From: Saprolegnia diclina VS20
Lineage: Eukaryota
DNA: 64,000 nt
Assembly (NCBI RefSeq): GCF_000281045.1
Contig: NW_008246105.1
Location: 405,762 to 469,761, forward strand
Direction of reading: 5' to 3'
Below the pieces are notes generated by a model. The model saw only the letters and a program-made list of their open reading frames with translations. It was not told where the DNA came from and searched no databases. Shown piece by piece: positions 11,823 to 23,121 of this stretch (position 1 is its first letter; each line of letters opens with the position of its first letter). A program made the position numbers and the translations under genes.

Positions 11823-12670
11823 TCAAGCCGTTACAGCGTCGAGGCGGGCGTCGGCGCGGGTGCGCTTGTACTTGCGGTGGAGTTTGTAGTACGTCCAGTC
11901 GCGGCAAAACGTACACTGGTACGTGCCCGCCAAAATCACCGTGTTGGTGGCCGACGTGAGCGCATTTGGTTGGAACTTGGCGCACTCGTCGCAACACGGC
12001 TCGGGTCCACGCTTGCGCATGTTGAAAGGATGCTCGTTGGTGAATGTGACCATGCCGACCTTCTTGGTGGTCGCGGCCAAGGGATGGGGCGCGTCGTCTT
12101 CTTCTTCGGGAAGCTCTGAGGCCGCATCCGTTGACGCCGCAGGACCAATGCGACCAGAGGCTTTGCGTTGCGCCCCAAAGTCGGCGAGCTTGGGCAGCGG
12201 TGGTGGGACCTTGCCAGCCGCGATTACCTTCTTTCTCGCCCGACTAACCGTGCAATCATCATGAGAAAACCAACCGGCTCAACCGCAAGTAGATCGTACA
12301 CGGCTCGGTCGTATGCGTTCTTATACGCCCGGTTCGCCATGCGCCACGCCTTGTCCTGGACCTGGCGGACTTGCTTGTTCTTCTGGCGGTACTCCTTCGC
12401 CTTCACGCGCTCTTGGGCTCGGTGCATCTTCTTGTACGCCTTGCTCTTGGCCACGAGCGCCTCTTTGTTGGCAGCGTAGTAGGCCTTCTTGCGGCTCCGC
12501 ATTTGCACCTTGTTGGCCGCCTGATATGCCTTGACCTTGAGTAGAATCTTCTCCTTGTTGGCAGCGTAGTACATCTTGTCGCGCGCTCGCTTTCTTTCTG
12601 CATTGGCAGCGGCGTACGTCTTGTCGGCACTGCGCTTCCGCGCCTTCTTGGCGTCGTCCGTCACCGCCAT
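11823..12670 (-). CDS. Basic helical-repeat protein with C-terminal C4 zinc finger, 2 exons
   Basis: Exon 1 has repeated YxAANK units. An intron (GTACGA...TTAG, about 12243-12300) joins in frame to exon 2 with CDEC...CTFC. Confidence 0.65.
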
Positions 12671-13154
12671 GGTGTCTTTGCGAATGGCACCACGAGAGCC
12701 CGTTGGATCTGATCGTTATATCCGGACGATTATGCGCTGGCGGGCTGTGGTGCGTGCATTATCCGGATATCTCCAACGGTCATTGGCGTCGATATACCCT
12801 TGGTGGGCAGTGTGCGTGGTAGTTCCACCGAATCATCGATCTTGAAAGAGAGCCAACGGTCGAACCAGGAACGCGTTGGTTGAGTGACTATCAATCAAAC
12901 TCGCGAAAAGTGCTACAAACGAAAACCCATGCTCTCTCGTTACAACAATATTTCGCGTTGGGGTCGAACGTCGAGAGCTTATCGCGCGCGACCAGATTAA
13001 TCGTCGCCAACAAAATCACTGCAATCTTGGTATATCAAAAGAGGACAATTTGGAGGTGAGAACGCGCCATGTCATTAGATCGGGCGAGGCATTTTGGTCG
13101 AGAATTGGATGACAAAAGTTGCCAAGATACGGACGTTTCGAACGACCAAGTCCA

Positions 13155-16100
13155 TCAGGAGGGCGGTGAACTCGCCACGAGCGGCGGCAGGAAGGAGGAA
13201 GCCCGCCGCGCTGTACTCTGCTGGACGTCGTCCCAGAACGGTGGCGGCAGCGCCGTTTGCTCGCCCGTGATCGTGTGCTGGTAGTAATACTAGCCCCTTC
13301 CATCAGCAAGTGTTTCAAGTGGGTCGTCGCACCTCGTCCGTGTAGTAGTTCATCTTGCGCTCCCACTTGGCGGCCTCGAGGCGCCCGAGGGCGACTTGTG
13401 CGAGTTGGTTTTGCACCGCGAGCGCTTCGTCCTTCGCTTGCTTTTGCGACGTCTTGTCGCGCGTTAGTATCACACTGCGCACGTAGTCGCGCCACGCGAC
13501 AAAGAGCACGCGGTGGCCGTGGCCCATCCTACATGCACAATCTGTCTGAAAAAAGAAGGACATTTTGTCGGTTGTACCAGCGCCGGAGCACGTATTTCAT
13601 TTGAAAAAACTCGGTCGTGACCTACCCCTAATGGTAGCACCACGGGTTGGCAGCGCAGAAGAGTACCTTGTTGCGGACGCGGGTCGTTTTTTCGCGGACA
13701 TAAGTGTGCTACCCAAGGTAAGAGTCCGATGTAATGTGAAGTAAATTACGCGCAGCTCTTCGTGGAAGAGCGCGATGACGTCTTCGAGGTACGGCTTGTC
13801 CTTGGGCGGTCGGGCAGCCATGATGGCCTACGACACCGATAGGTTTGATGCGACGCTGAAACTACGTACGTTGACTTTGTCGGTGGCGTCTTGGATCCAG
13901 TCGACACAGGGTTCGAGGCCGGGGATCTCGCCCAGCGCATCAAAGACACTTTTTGTCTCGCCTTGTTCACTCTCGCTGTCACTCTCGTCCTCTGACGTTG
14001 CGTCGTCGTCGTCGTCATCACTGTCATCACTGTCATCACTGTCATCACTGTCATCACTGTCATCGTCGTCATCGTCGTCCTCGTCCTCGTCTTCGCCACT
14101 GACGTCATCGCTGTCGTCACCACGCGAGCCGTCCTGCTCATCGCCGTCCTCGTCGACGTGGGCGGACGGGTCCTCTAACTGCCGCAGCTTCTACAAGACA
14201 CTCTGAATGCGCACGTAGTCGAAAGCCAACCGCTTGGAGCTTGCGCGCCGTTGGGTCCTCTTGGTGGAGTTCTTTTCGAGCTTTCTCAAGGCGGCCTTCG
14301 AGCTCCTTTTGACGGTCCTTGAGCTTGGCGAGCTGGTCGCGCTTCAGCGTGCGCTTGGTTGCATCGGCCAGCGTCGCGAGGTCTGCCTCCCACTTGGCAA
14401 TCGACTTGCGAAGCGTCGCGTGGTGTTTTTGAGTTTTCTGCGTAGGACAATAGTGTACTCTATGGGCTATATAACACGCAATCGCGATATACCTTGGTGA
14501 CCGTTTGGAGTTTGGCGGCGGTCTTCTTGCGCGCCTGGACGCGGTTCTTCTCGGCTTTGACATTGGCTTTGGCATCTGCGATCGCGCGCGCCAGGTTCGC
14601 CATCCACTGCTTTCCCTGCTCTTCGGCCGTCTTTTCGAAAAATACAATGCCTATCCCACCTGTCATCCCATCTTTTATAGACAATAATGTACCTTCTTCT
14701 GAGTTGATAAAGGCGACGCATTTGCGCTTCATGGCGTTGCTGAGGCGCTCGCGCCGAGAATTGAGGTACGTGTCGCCCTGCATTTCCTTGTACTCCTCGG
14801 TCGTCACCATCTTGACGCGCACGAGGCACGCGTTGCGCTCGCACGCGTACCCGAGCGAGAGCAGAGCGCACGGCGTGCGGACACCCGTCGCCGCGTCGGC
14901 GCACATGCATTTGCGGAAGCGCGCCTTGCGACAAGTTGGCTTCGGATTCTGTGTTGCTCTTATGTACCGTCTCGTTAACGAGGCCCGCGGTGCTGTACTC
15001 GTCGTCGTAGTAGGTGAGCGCGTCGATGATGTCATCGAGGCTGCGCTCGAAGAAAGCTTTGGGCACCTCGGGGTGGTGCTGCGCGTCCATGAGGGGGCGA
15101 AGAGCCGGTAAAATGTCCTAGCAGTCGTGTGCCTCACAGCCTAATCAATCCCAGCTGCGTACGCTCGCAAAGGCCGGTAGGACGACGGCAAAGAACTCGA
15201 GCTTCGTGCCTTGAAACGTCCTATGGACACCTGGCTCGATGTACGCAGCAAAGTCGGTCCACTGGTTCTGCTCTTTGTGTGCCTCGACGTAGCTCAAGGC
15301 GGCCGCGAGTTGCTCGACGATCTGTCGGCGCTCCATGCGAAGCCACGCCAGGTACTGCTTGAGGACAAACGCAACAACGGCAGATGGCCCTTCGTATATG
15401 ACGTCGAGCGGCGGCGACACCATCGGGTTGTGCTCCATGTGAATCTCCTGAAGCGAGCTCAGATGCCGGAATGAAAACGGCAGCTCCCGGATGTGATTCC
15501 AGTCGAGGCGTAAACAGCGCAGCTTTGGGAGGAGCCCAAAGGCGTCGGGTAGTAACGTGATGGCGTTGTTCGCTGCCGAGAGCGAAGTAAGAGACGGCAG
15601 GCCGCAGATCGTCGCGGGAAGCCCCTTGAGGTGGTTACTACTCGCGAGTTGAATGCCTAGCAATAGGAGTTGTGGAGATGTACAAGTTGATCGAGAGCGT
15701 CGTCAGGTTGTTGAACTCAGGCAGCGCCAGATCCCAGTGTACAAAGGCGTTGCAGCTAAGGTTCACGACGGTGCTCCGGAGTTGGCCAAACGTCACCGGC
15801 GTCGATGTCAGCTGGTTCTTCTCGGCCCACACCTTTTGCAGCCGGACGAGGCGGCCCTAGTCACAAGCTTACATCGATCCCTCGCTATGATACGTACAAA
15901 GTTGGCCGGGAGCTCTTGGAGCTGGTTGTTGCTCAGGTTGAGTGACGTGAGGCGGTCGAGGTCGCACTAGATAAAGCTCAGCGCCATCGACGCACCACAG
16001 CCTTGTACAATCGAATCTGGGAGACGCCGGAGCTGGTTCTTGGTCACGTCAATGTCGGTGAGGTGCACCAGAAGCCCAATCTAGTTCGCTTTGTGAGCAA

Positions 16101-16469
16101 AGCTACAAGCAAAACACGTGCATTTTCGGGCAGCGACTCGAGGGCGTTGGCAATGAGCGAGAGACATTCGAGGAGCGGCAGGGACGTGGCAAGCTCCAGC
16201 GGCAACTCGGTGAGCGCGTAGCCCGTGATGCGCACGGCGACGAGCTCGTGGAAGCCGAAGACGCGGTCCCAGCGGAAAAAGTCAATGTCGCCTCTCCACG
16301 ATATATTGAGCTCATTGTGGAGCAAACACGCCGAGGCGAACGGACTCCAGAGCTTGTCTTTGGTGACTTCAAGCGCGTCCGCTGCGATCTGGGCCTCCTT
16401 GGCCTTTTGTCGGCCGCGCTCGAGGACCTTGGCGTCGATCCACGCCTGCCGCTCCTCCCGCGACTGCAT
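13155..16469 (-). CDS. LRR protein with coiled coil, acidic tract and C-terminal WW-like domain (many exons)
   Basis: LRRs (LECLSLIANALESLP, LRCLRLDWNHIRELP), an Asp/Ser/Glu tract at about 13.9-14.15 kb, and WERKMNYYTDE/YYYQHTITGEQT. Confidence 0.72.
14015..14063. repeat. 9-bp tandem repeat (TCATCACTG) x5, coding Ser-Asp-Asp on the minus strand
   Basis: Directly visible. Confidence 0.9.
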
Positions 16470-16629
16470 CGATTTGCGACAGTTACGCCCCTTTGTGCAG
16501 GACAACTACAAGCTGCGCGAGGCCGGCTTCTTTACTCGACCAGGCAGCTCGGTTCCATGGCGTCTCCTGTGCCAGCTGCCCTCGACGTTGGACCAACAAC
16601 ACTGACTACCAAGGCTACTCGTCTGCTCA

Positions 16630-16693
16630 CTGGCAGTCGACGCAGCTCTTGAGACTTGAGGCTGGCAGTCGACGCAGCTCTTGAGACTTGAGG
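16630..16693. repeat. Perfect 32-bp tandem duplication
   Basis: CTGGCAGTCGACGCAGCTCTTGAGACTTGAGG x2. Confidence 0.95.
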
Positions 16694-17402
16694 CTTTGAG
16701 GTGTTGGTGCAGTTGCTATACTGATGTAGGCATCGCAAGTGGGAGAAGTACATCGATCGGACACCGATCTACCCGACTTGCCGCAAGCCAGCCACGTTAT
16801 TCGTTATCGCTACGCACGGCAAGCTCTTACTCACGCCAGCTTGATGACGCCGGACGCACGCTTCCGTCAAGGAAGTACAATGATGGTGCAGGGCGACGAC
16901 GTACATGGAACCCAATTTGACCCAACTCGAATGTTTCGCCCAGTTATTACCAGTTGAGCAAAGAAGGTCGCCGGCCTTTACGACGGCGACAAACTTAAAA
17001 GCTTGATTCTCAATCTCAAAGTGAAAGTTCGAGAAAGGTATCTCCAAAAGTGTCACGGGTGTCTGGCCTCGGATGGTTTCAAGTCCCTTGCATCCGGCTC
17101 GAAATACCCGCGAACCCGAGTCAAGGGCTATTTCTGCGCGCGAAAAGACTGCCGGCCGTTGCGCAACCGCCGCCCGCTCTGCTGCCTCTACCCCCCTCCT
17201 GGGTTCGCGAGCCTGCGTCAACGAGCTCATATATCCACCTTGTACAGCCACAGGCAGCCGTTTGCCAAGGCGATTCGGAAGATCGAGGTCTCGCCGCTTG
17301 TTGCTTTGCACGAGGAAACCCCCGGAGAAGTGTGGCATTTATGCAGCCTAAACTCGGATTCGACCTCAACTTGGCTACTTTTAGCTTTTTAACGCCGACT
17401 TT

Positions 17403-17419
17403 GCCATTGCCCAATTTGC
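17403..17419 (+). promoter_or_regulatory. Oomycete Inr/FPR-like core promoter of the ABCG gene (alternatively part of a 3' splice site)
   Basis: GCCATTGCCCAATTTGC resembles YCAYTY...MWTTTNC and lies immediately upstream of ATG 17424. Confidence 0.45.
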
Positions 17420-17423
17420 AGGA

Positions 17424-20400
17424 ATGGACTCTGAAAACGCGGCCAACGGGCCAGACGACAAGGCCGTGCCCGTCGCGGAGCCCGAGGTCGAGGTGCGCCC
17501 GCCGCTCTGCGTGCGCCAAGCGTCGTTCATGGTGCCCGAGGCGCTGCCGCCGGACGCGGAGATCCCGAGCGTCTACTCGGAGATGCACTTCAAGGGCATG
17601 CAAGACCCGTACTCGACGTCGCCCAACGTCTTTATGAGCACGCTCAACGCTGCGAGTATCGACACGATGCTCAGCGGCGGCCTCAAGAAATTCTTTGAAA
17701 AATACAACAAGCTCGCCGAGACGACCAACCTGCAGCTACAGACGCCCGAGATCCGCTTCCACAACATCTCGTTCTCGGCGCAAACGAGTGCCAACTCGCT
17801 TGCGTCCGGCACGGTCGGCAGCTACCTCCGAGAGCTCTTCCTTCCGTGCTGCTGCAAGCCGCCGAGCGTCGAGAAGTCTGTGCTGCACCCAATGTCCGGT
17901 ATCATTCCGCCCGGCAGCATGACCTTGGTACGACATCTTGGTACGCACATCATTTCTGATGGAATCGATAGCTTTTGGCGAGTCCGGGCTCGGGCAAGAC
18001 GACCTTTCTCAAGGCGCTTGCCAACAAACTCCCAACGAAGCGAACCAAGATCGACGGCAGCGTCACGTACAGCGGCCTGACGGCGGACCAGCTCGACCTG
18101 CGCAAACTTGTGGGGCTCGTTGACCAGCGGGACAACCACTGTGCGACCATGACCGTGCGCGAGACGCTCAAGTTTGCGGACCAGTGCCTCAACGGCCACC
18201 CGAAGAAGAAGCGATCCGGGGCGTCTTCGCCGAGCAAAGCCGAGGACAAGATGGCCGACGTTGCCAACCTACGGACGGAGCTCTACCTCTACATCCTCGG
18301 TCTTTCCAACTGCGCCGATACAGTCGTCGGCGACGCGCTTCTGCGTGGCGTGAGCGGCGGCGAGCGCAAGCGTGTGACCGTGGGCGAGATGCTCGTCGGC
18401 GGCCAAAGCATTTTCCTCTGCGACGAGATCAGCACGGGCCTCGACTCAGCAGCCACCTTTGACATTGTCAACGCACTCCGCACTTGGACGAAAACGCTCG
18501 GCGGTAGCTGCATCGTGGCTCTCTTGCAGCCGCCCCCTGAGGTCGTCGAGCTCTTCGATGACATTTTGCTGCTCGCAGATGGGCATCTGGTACGTACCAG
18601 ATAACATTCGAGTCCAATCTCGATTGAACGCGACGGGTAGGTGTACCACGGACCCCGCACGTCGACGCTGCCGTACTTTCAGACGCTTGGGTTTGTGTGC
18701 CCGACGCGGACCGACCCGTCCGACTTTTTGCTCGAGGTCGTTGCTGGCAGCGGTGCCAAGTACTTCAATCTCGGTGCGTCTCAACGCTCCATCTGGAAAT
18801 CTTATATCAAAGCATAGACCACCCGACGCCGGCGCCCACCTCGTCCGAGGCCTTTGGCAAGGCGTTTGTCGCGTCCGCTCTGCACGCAGCGGTGCGCCTG
18901 CGCCTCAAGAACGGCGAGCTGCTCCACGATGTGACCAGCGTCAAGCGACTCGCGTTTCTCGCGCGCAAGACCAAGATGTTTAGCCTGGCGTTCTGGGAGA
19001 GCACCAAGCTCCTCACGGCGCGCCAAATCATTTTCTGGACGCGTGACAAGGAGCTTCTTTGGGGTAAGCTGATCGAAGCGTGCGCCGAGGGTCTGCTTCT
19101 CGGCATCATCTACCTCGACGTCGACGCCTCGCTCTACATGCGGATGCTCTTCTTTACGATTGCGATCTTTCAGGTGCGTCCGACTCAAATTCAACGCACC
19201 CCTGATCGCTGATCGTAGCGCCACGCGTGGCAGCGCATCACGATTTCGTTTGGCGTGCGCAGCGTCTTCTACAAGCAGCGGTCGCGCAACTTCTTCCGGA
19301 CAGCGTCGTACGCAATCGCCGAGGCCGTCGTCCAGATCCCCATCAACCTCGTCGTCGCGGTCGTCCTCGGCACCATCTTTTACTTTATGAGCGGCCTCGC
19401 GACCGAGACGACCGTCTTCTTCACGTACCTCGCGATCCTCGTCGTCTTCCAGCACGCAATTGCAGCGTACTTTACGCTCCTGAGCTCGGTCGCGCCGACG
19501 ATCAACGCGGCGCAGTCGCTCGCGGCGTGCTCGATCGTCTTCTTCCTCCTCTTCTCGGGCAACATCATCCTCTCGGACCTTATTCCGTCGTATTGGCGCT
19601 GGATGTACTGGTACAACCCGCTCGCGTGGGCGCTCCGCGCCATCATGCTCAACGAATTCAACAGCTCGCGCTACACGCCGGCGGCCCGGGCCACGAGGCT
19701 CGATGCCTTCCAGATCCGCGAAGGCGACGAGTACATTGGGTACGGGCTCTTGGTGCTCCTCGGCTACTATCTCCTCTTTACGACTCTGAACGCGCTCGCA
19801 TTGCACTACATTCGGTACGACACCCAAGTGCGCCCGGCGACGCCGCCACCGCCCGTCACGGACGCGACGGTTGTGACCATCGACGCACCACCGACGCAGC
19901 TCCCGTTCTACCCCGCGCGCATCGCGGTTCGCGATCTCGACTACTACGTGACGCTGCCAACGGGCGAAGAGCGGCAGCTGCTGCACCACGTGACCGCGGC
20001 GTTTGAGCCGGGCACGATGACCGCGCTCATGGGTTCGTCTGGCGCGGGCAAGACGACTTTCATGGACGTACTTGCGGGTCGCAAGACGGGCGGACGCATC
20101 GTCGGCGACGTCTTCATCAACGGTGAGCCCAAGAACCCCGCGACCTTTAGCTGCATCGCCAGCTACTGCGAGCAGATGGACATCCACTCGGAGAAGTCAA
20201 CGATCCGCGAGGCGCTCGAGTTTTCAGCGTTTCTGCGGCTGCCGCAGACGTTTGAAAACGACGCCAAGCTCAGCTTGGTGCGCGAGACCTTGACGCTCCT
20301 CGAGCTCGACAAGATCGCCCACGAACGCGTCCTGAACCTCAGCGTCGAGCAGAAGAAGCGCGTCACGATCGGTGTCGAAGTCGTCGCCAACCCGAGCATT

Positions 20401-21708
20401 CTCTTTTTGGACGAGCCGACATCGGGGTTGGACGCCCGCTCGGCGCAGATCGTCATGCGCGGAGTCCAGTCGATCGCACGCACGGGGCGCACGGTCGTGT
20501 GTACGATCCACCAGCCCAGCATCCAAATCTTTGAGCTCTTTGACGCGCTTCTCCTGCTGCAAAAAGGCGGTCATGTCGCGTTCTGCGGCGAGCTCGGCGC
20601 CGACTCGCAAAAGCTGCTCGAGTACTTTCACTCGATCCCGGGGACCGAGAAGATCCAGCCGCTCTACAACCCCGCGACGTACATGCTCGAGGTGATTGGC
20701 GCCGGCATTGGCCGCAAGGACATCAAGAATTACGCCGACGTCTATGCGAGCAGCGACCTCTGCGCATCGAACCGCAGCAAAGTGGAGCGGTTCCTGGCCG
20801 TGTCGCCGGACCTCGTGACGTTTTCATCACTGCCGTTCCAGCCGATCGCGACGAGCCTCGCGAACCAGACGCGCTGGCTCACGCACCGGACCGTGCACAT
20901 GTATTGGCGGTCGCCCGCCTACAACTTTGTGCGGCTCGTGTCATATCCCGTCTTTGCCGTCATCTTTGGCAGCACGTTCTACCAGCTGCCATTCGGCACT
21001 GTGGCGCGCGTCAACTCGCATGTCGGCCTCATCTACAACAGCATGGACTTCATCGGCGTCATCAACATGATGACGGTGCTCGACATGGCGACGGCCGAGC
21101 GCGCAGTCTACTACCGCGAACGCATGTCCAACTACTACAGCCCGCTGCCGTACTCGGCGTCCTTGCTGCTGGCGGAGATGCCGTACCTGCTCACGGTCAT
21201 CATCAGCTTTGTCGCGATCGAGTACTGGATGGTCGGCTGGTTCAACGACGCGGCCACCTTCTTCTTCTTCTGGTTCATCTACTTCGTGTACACCTCCCTG
21301 TGCACATTCATGGGCATGTGGATGGCCGTGCTCATGCCCAACATCAAGGTCGCCAACGTCGCTGTTGGCGCCATCTCATGCGTCTTCAACCTCTTTGGCG
21401 GCTTCCTCCTCCCGTTCGCCCGCATGAAGTGGGGCTACAAGTGGCTCACGTGGATCATTCCGTCGAGCTACTCGCTCAACGTGCTCATCGGGCTCGTCAT
21501 TGGGCACTGCGACGATGGCGTCGGACCCGGCTGCAACCCGATCCTGATCGACGGCCAGCCGACGACGGTCAAGTCGTATGTCGTGACCAGATTTGGGTTT
21601 GATCCGGCCGAGATTTACTCGAGCAGCGGCGCGCTCCTCATCGAGTGGGCGCTGCTCCAAGTGTTCATCTACCTCACGCTGCGTTTCGTGTGCCACCTCA
21701 AGCGCTAA
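17424..21708 (+). CDS. Full-size ABCG/PDR transporter (NBD-TMD-NBD-TMD), about 5 exons
   Basis: Walker A SPGSGKTT and GSSGAGKTT, signatures VSGGERKRV and LSVEQKKRV, DEISTGLD/DEPTSGLD, YNPATYML. Confidence 0.96.
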
Positions 21709-21964
21709 CATCCGTGCCGTGCACTGAGCTAACTGCATTCAACGTCGACGATAAGAGACTGGTGGTAAACTTGATAAATTGATACATTGAACGAAATACC
21801 ATAGTTTACAACGACGTCGGTCGCACTTGTCGGCAACGCCTATCGTATGGTGACACAGCGCGACCGTTGGCACAAACGGACACGACACCAGCCAATCAAA
21901 TGCGTCGATTCGGTATCTTTTGATCCTCAAAGCTTCGACAACAGTCGAGTTGGACTCACTGACA

Positions 21965-22831
21965 ATGGGCGCGTCCAGCTCCATGAAGAAGGCCGTGACG
22001 CTCTCGGCAAAGATCGTCGACGTCGAGATCGACGCGTTCGGCGGCTTTATGTACGGGCTCGCAGACCAGCACGAAGTGCAGCACTACCTCCCGCCGCAGT
22101 TTCCCATCATCCCGCGGCTGACGCAACCCAACATTGAGATTTGCCGGCGCACGTGGGACCTCATCCAGACTGCTGGCACGGACAAGATGAAGCAGTACGG
22201 GAAGCCCGGCATCATCCTCTTCTACGACGAGTTCTTTCACCGCATCTTCGAGCGCGACGCGACGATCCGCGAGGTCTTTCCCAAGGTCCAGCAGCGCGCC
22301 GAAGTGTTGATCAAGGCGATCAGCTTCATCCTTGCGACCCGCGCTGGTACACATCTCTGCGACTTGCTTGTGGCATGACGCGTTCTCAGGGACGCCCGCC
22401 AGTGTCGAGGAAACCGTGACGACGTGTCGCTTCCTCGGACACAAGCACCGCTCGTTTGCCAAGGTAGTTGCTCCTCCTCGTCGCGCCGATAAGATCTGAC
22501 AAGGTCAAGTAGGTCCGGCCGCACCATTTTGCGCAATATACCAACACGTGTATTGAAGTGCTCATGTACTGGCTCGGCGAGGCCGCGTCGCATGACGTGG
22601 GCATGGCGTGGAGCCACACTGTCGGGTTGGTGTTGCTGTCTGCGTACCGGGTGTCACTGCTCGCGCCGCCGTAGGTTTGTGCTGCGGCATATCTTAGAGG
22701 CCTTTCTCTTCCAGCGCACGGACCCGTACGAGTCGTACCAGGTGACAACGATCGCAGCCGTGCGCGAGATCACAGAGTCGTCCGTGGGCTCTGCCTCGCG
22801 CACGGAGAAGGCGAGCCGTCTGAACAAGTAG
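21965..22831 (+). CDS. Single-domain globin with N-terminal myristoylation motif, 4 exons
   Basis: MGASSS start; CRRTWDLI (A helix), FYDEFFHRIF (B), EVF (CD1), LGHKH (F8 His), VRPHHF (G), AWSHT (H). Confidence 0.85.
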
Positions 22832-23121
22832 AGTCGCTTGCGTGCTGCCACGTACGGCTCTGAACGTGTGTTTCGATTGGCCAAAATGCATTTTCATCTG
22901 GCCCAATCCGCAGCGTGGGCGATGGGTGGTTGGGGATGTTTAGGGTTTTCATACAAATTCCAAGTACAAATCGGTGGGGACCTGAACCGCGCGCTGTGAT
23001 TGGACAAAAATCATGGCGAGCGCCGCCCGAAGCGCCATACAAATTCCAAGGCATTCGCGGATTTCGGCGAAGGAACCCCCAAGCCTACCCCACCCTCACG
23101 CTACCCTAACGCAACTTCAAG

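Noticed and set aside
16630..16693. CRISPR-like array from 26-35 bp direct repeats
   Set aside because: Copies abut without spacers, there are only two units each, no cas genes are present, and the DNA is eukaryotic.
16967..16990. U5 loop I-like hairpin (GCCTTTAC)
   Set aside because: The invariant loop is GCCTTTTAC, so one U is missing, and no Sm site follows.
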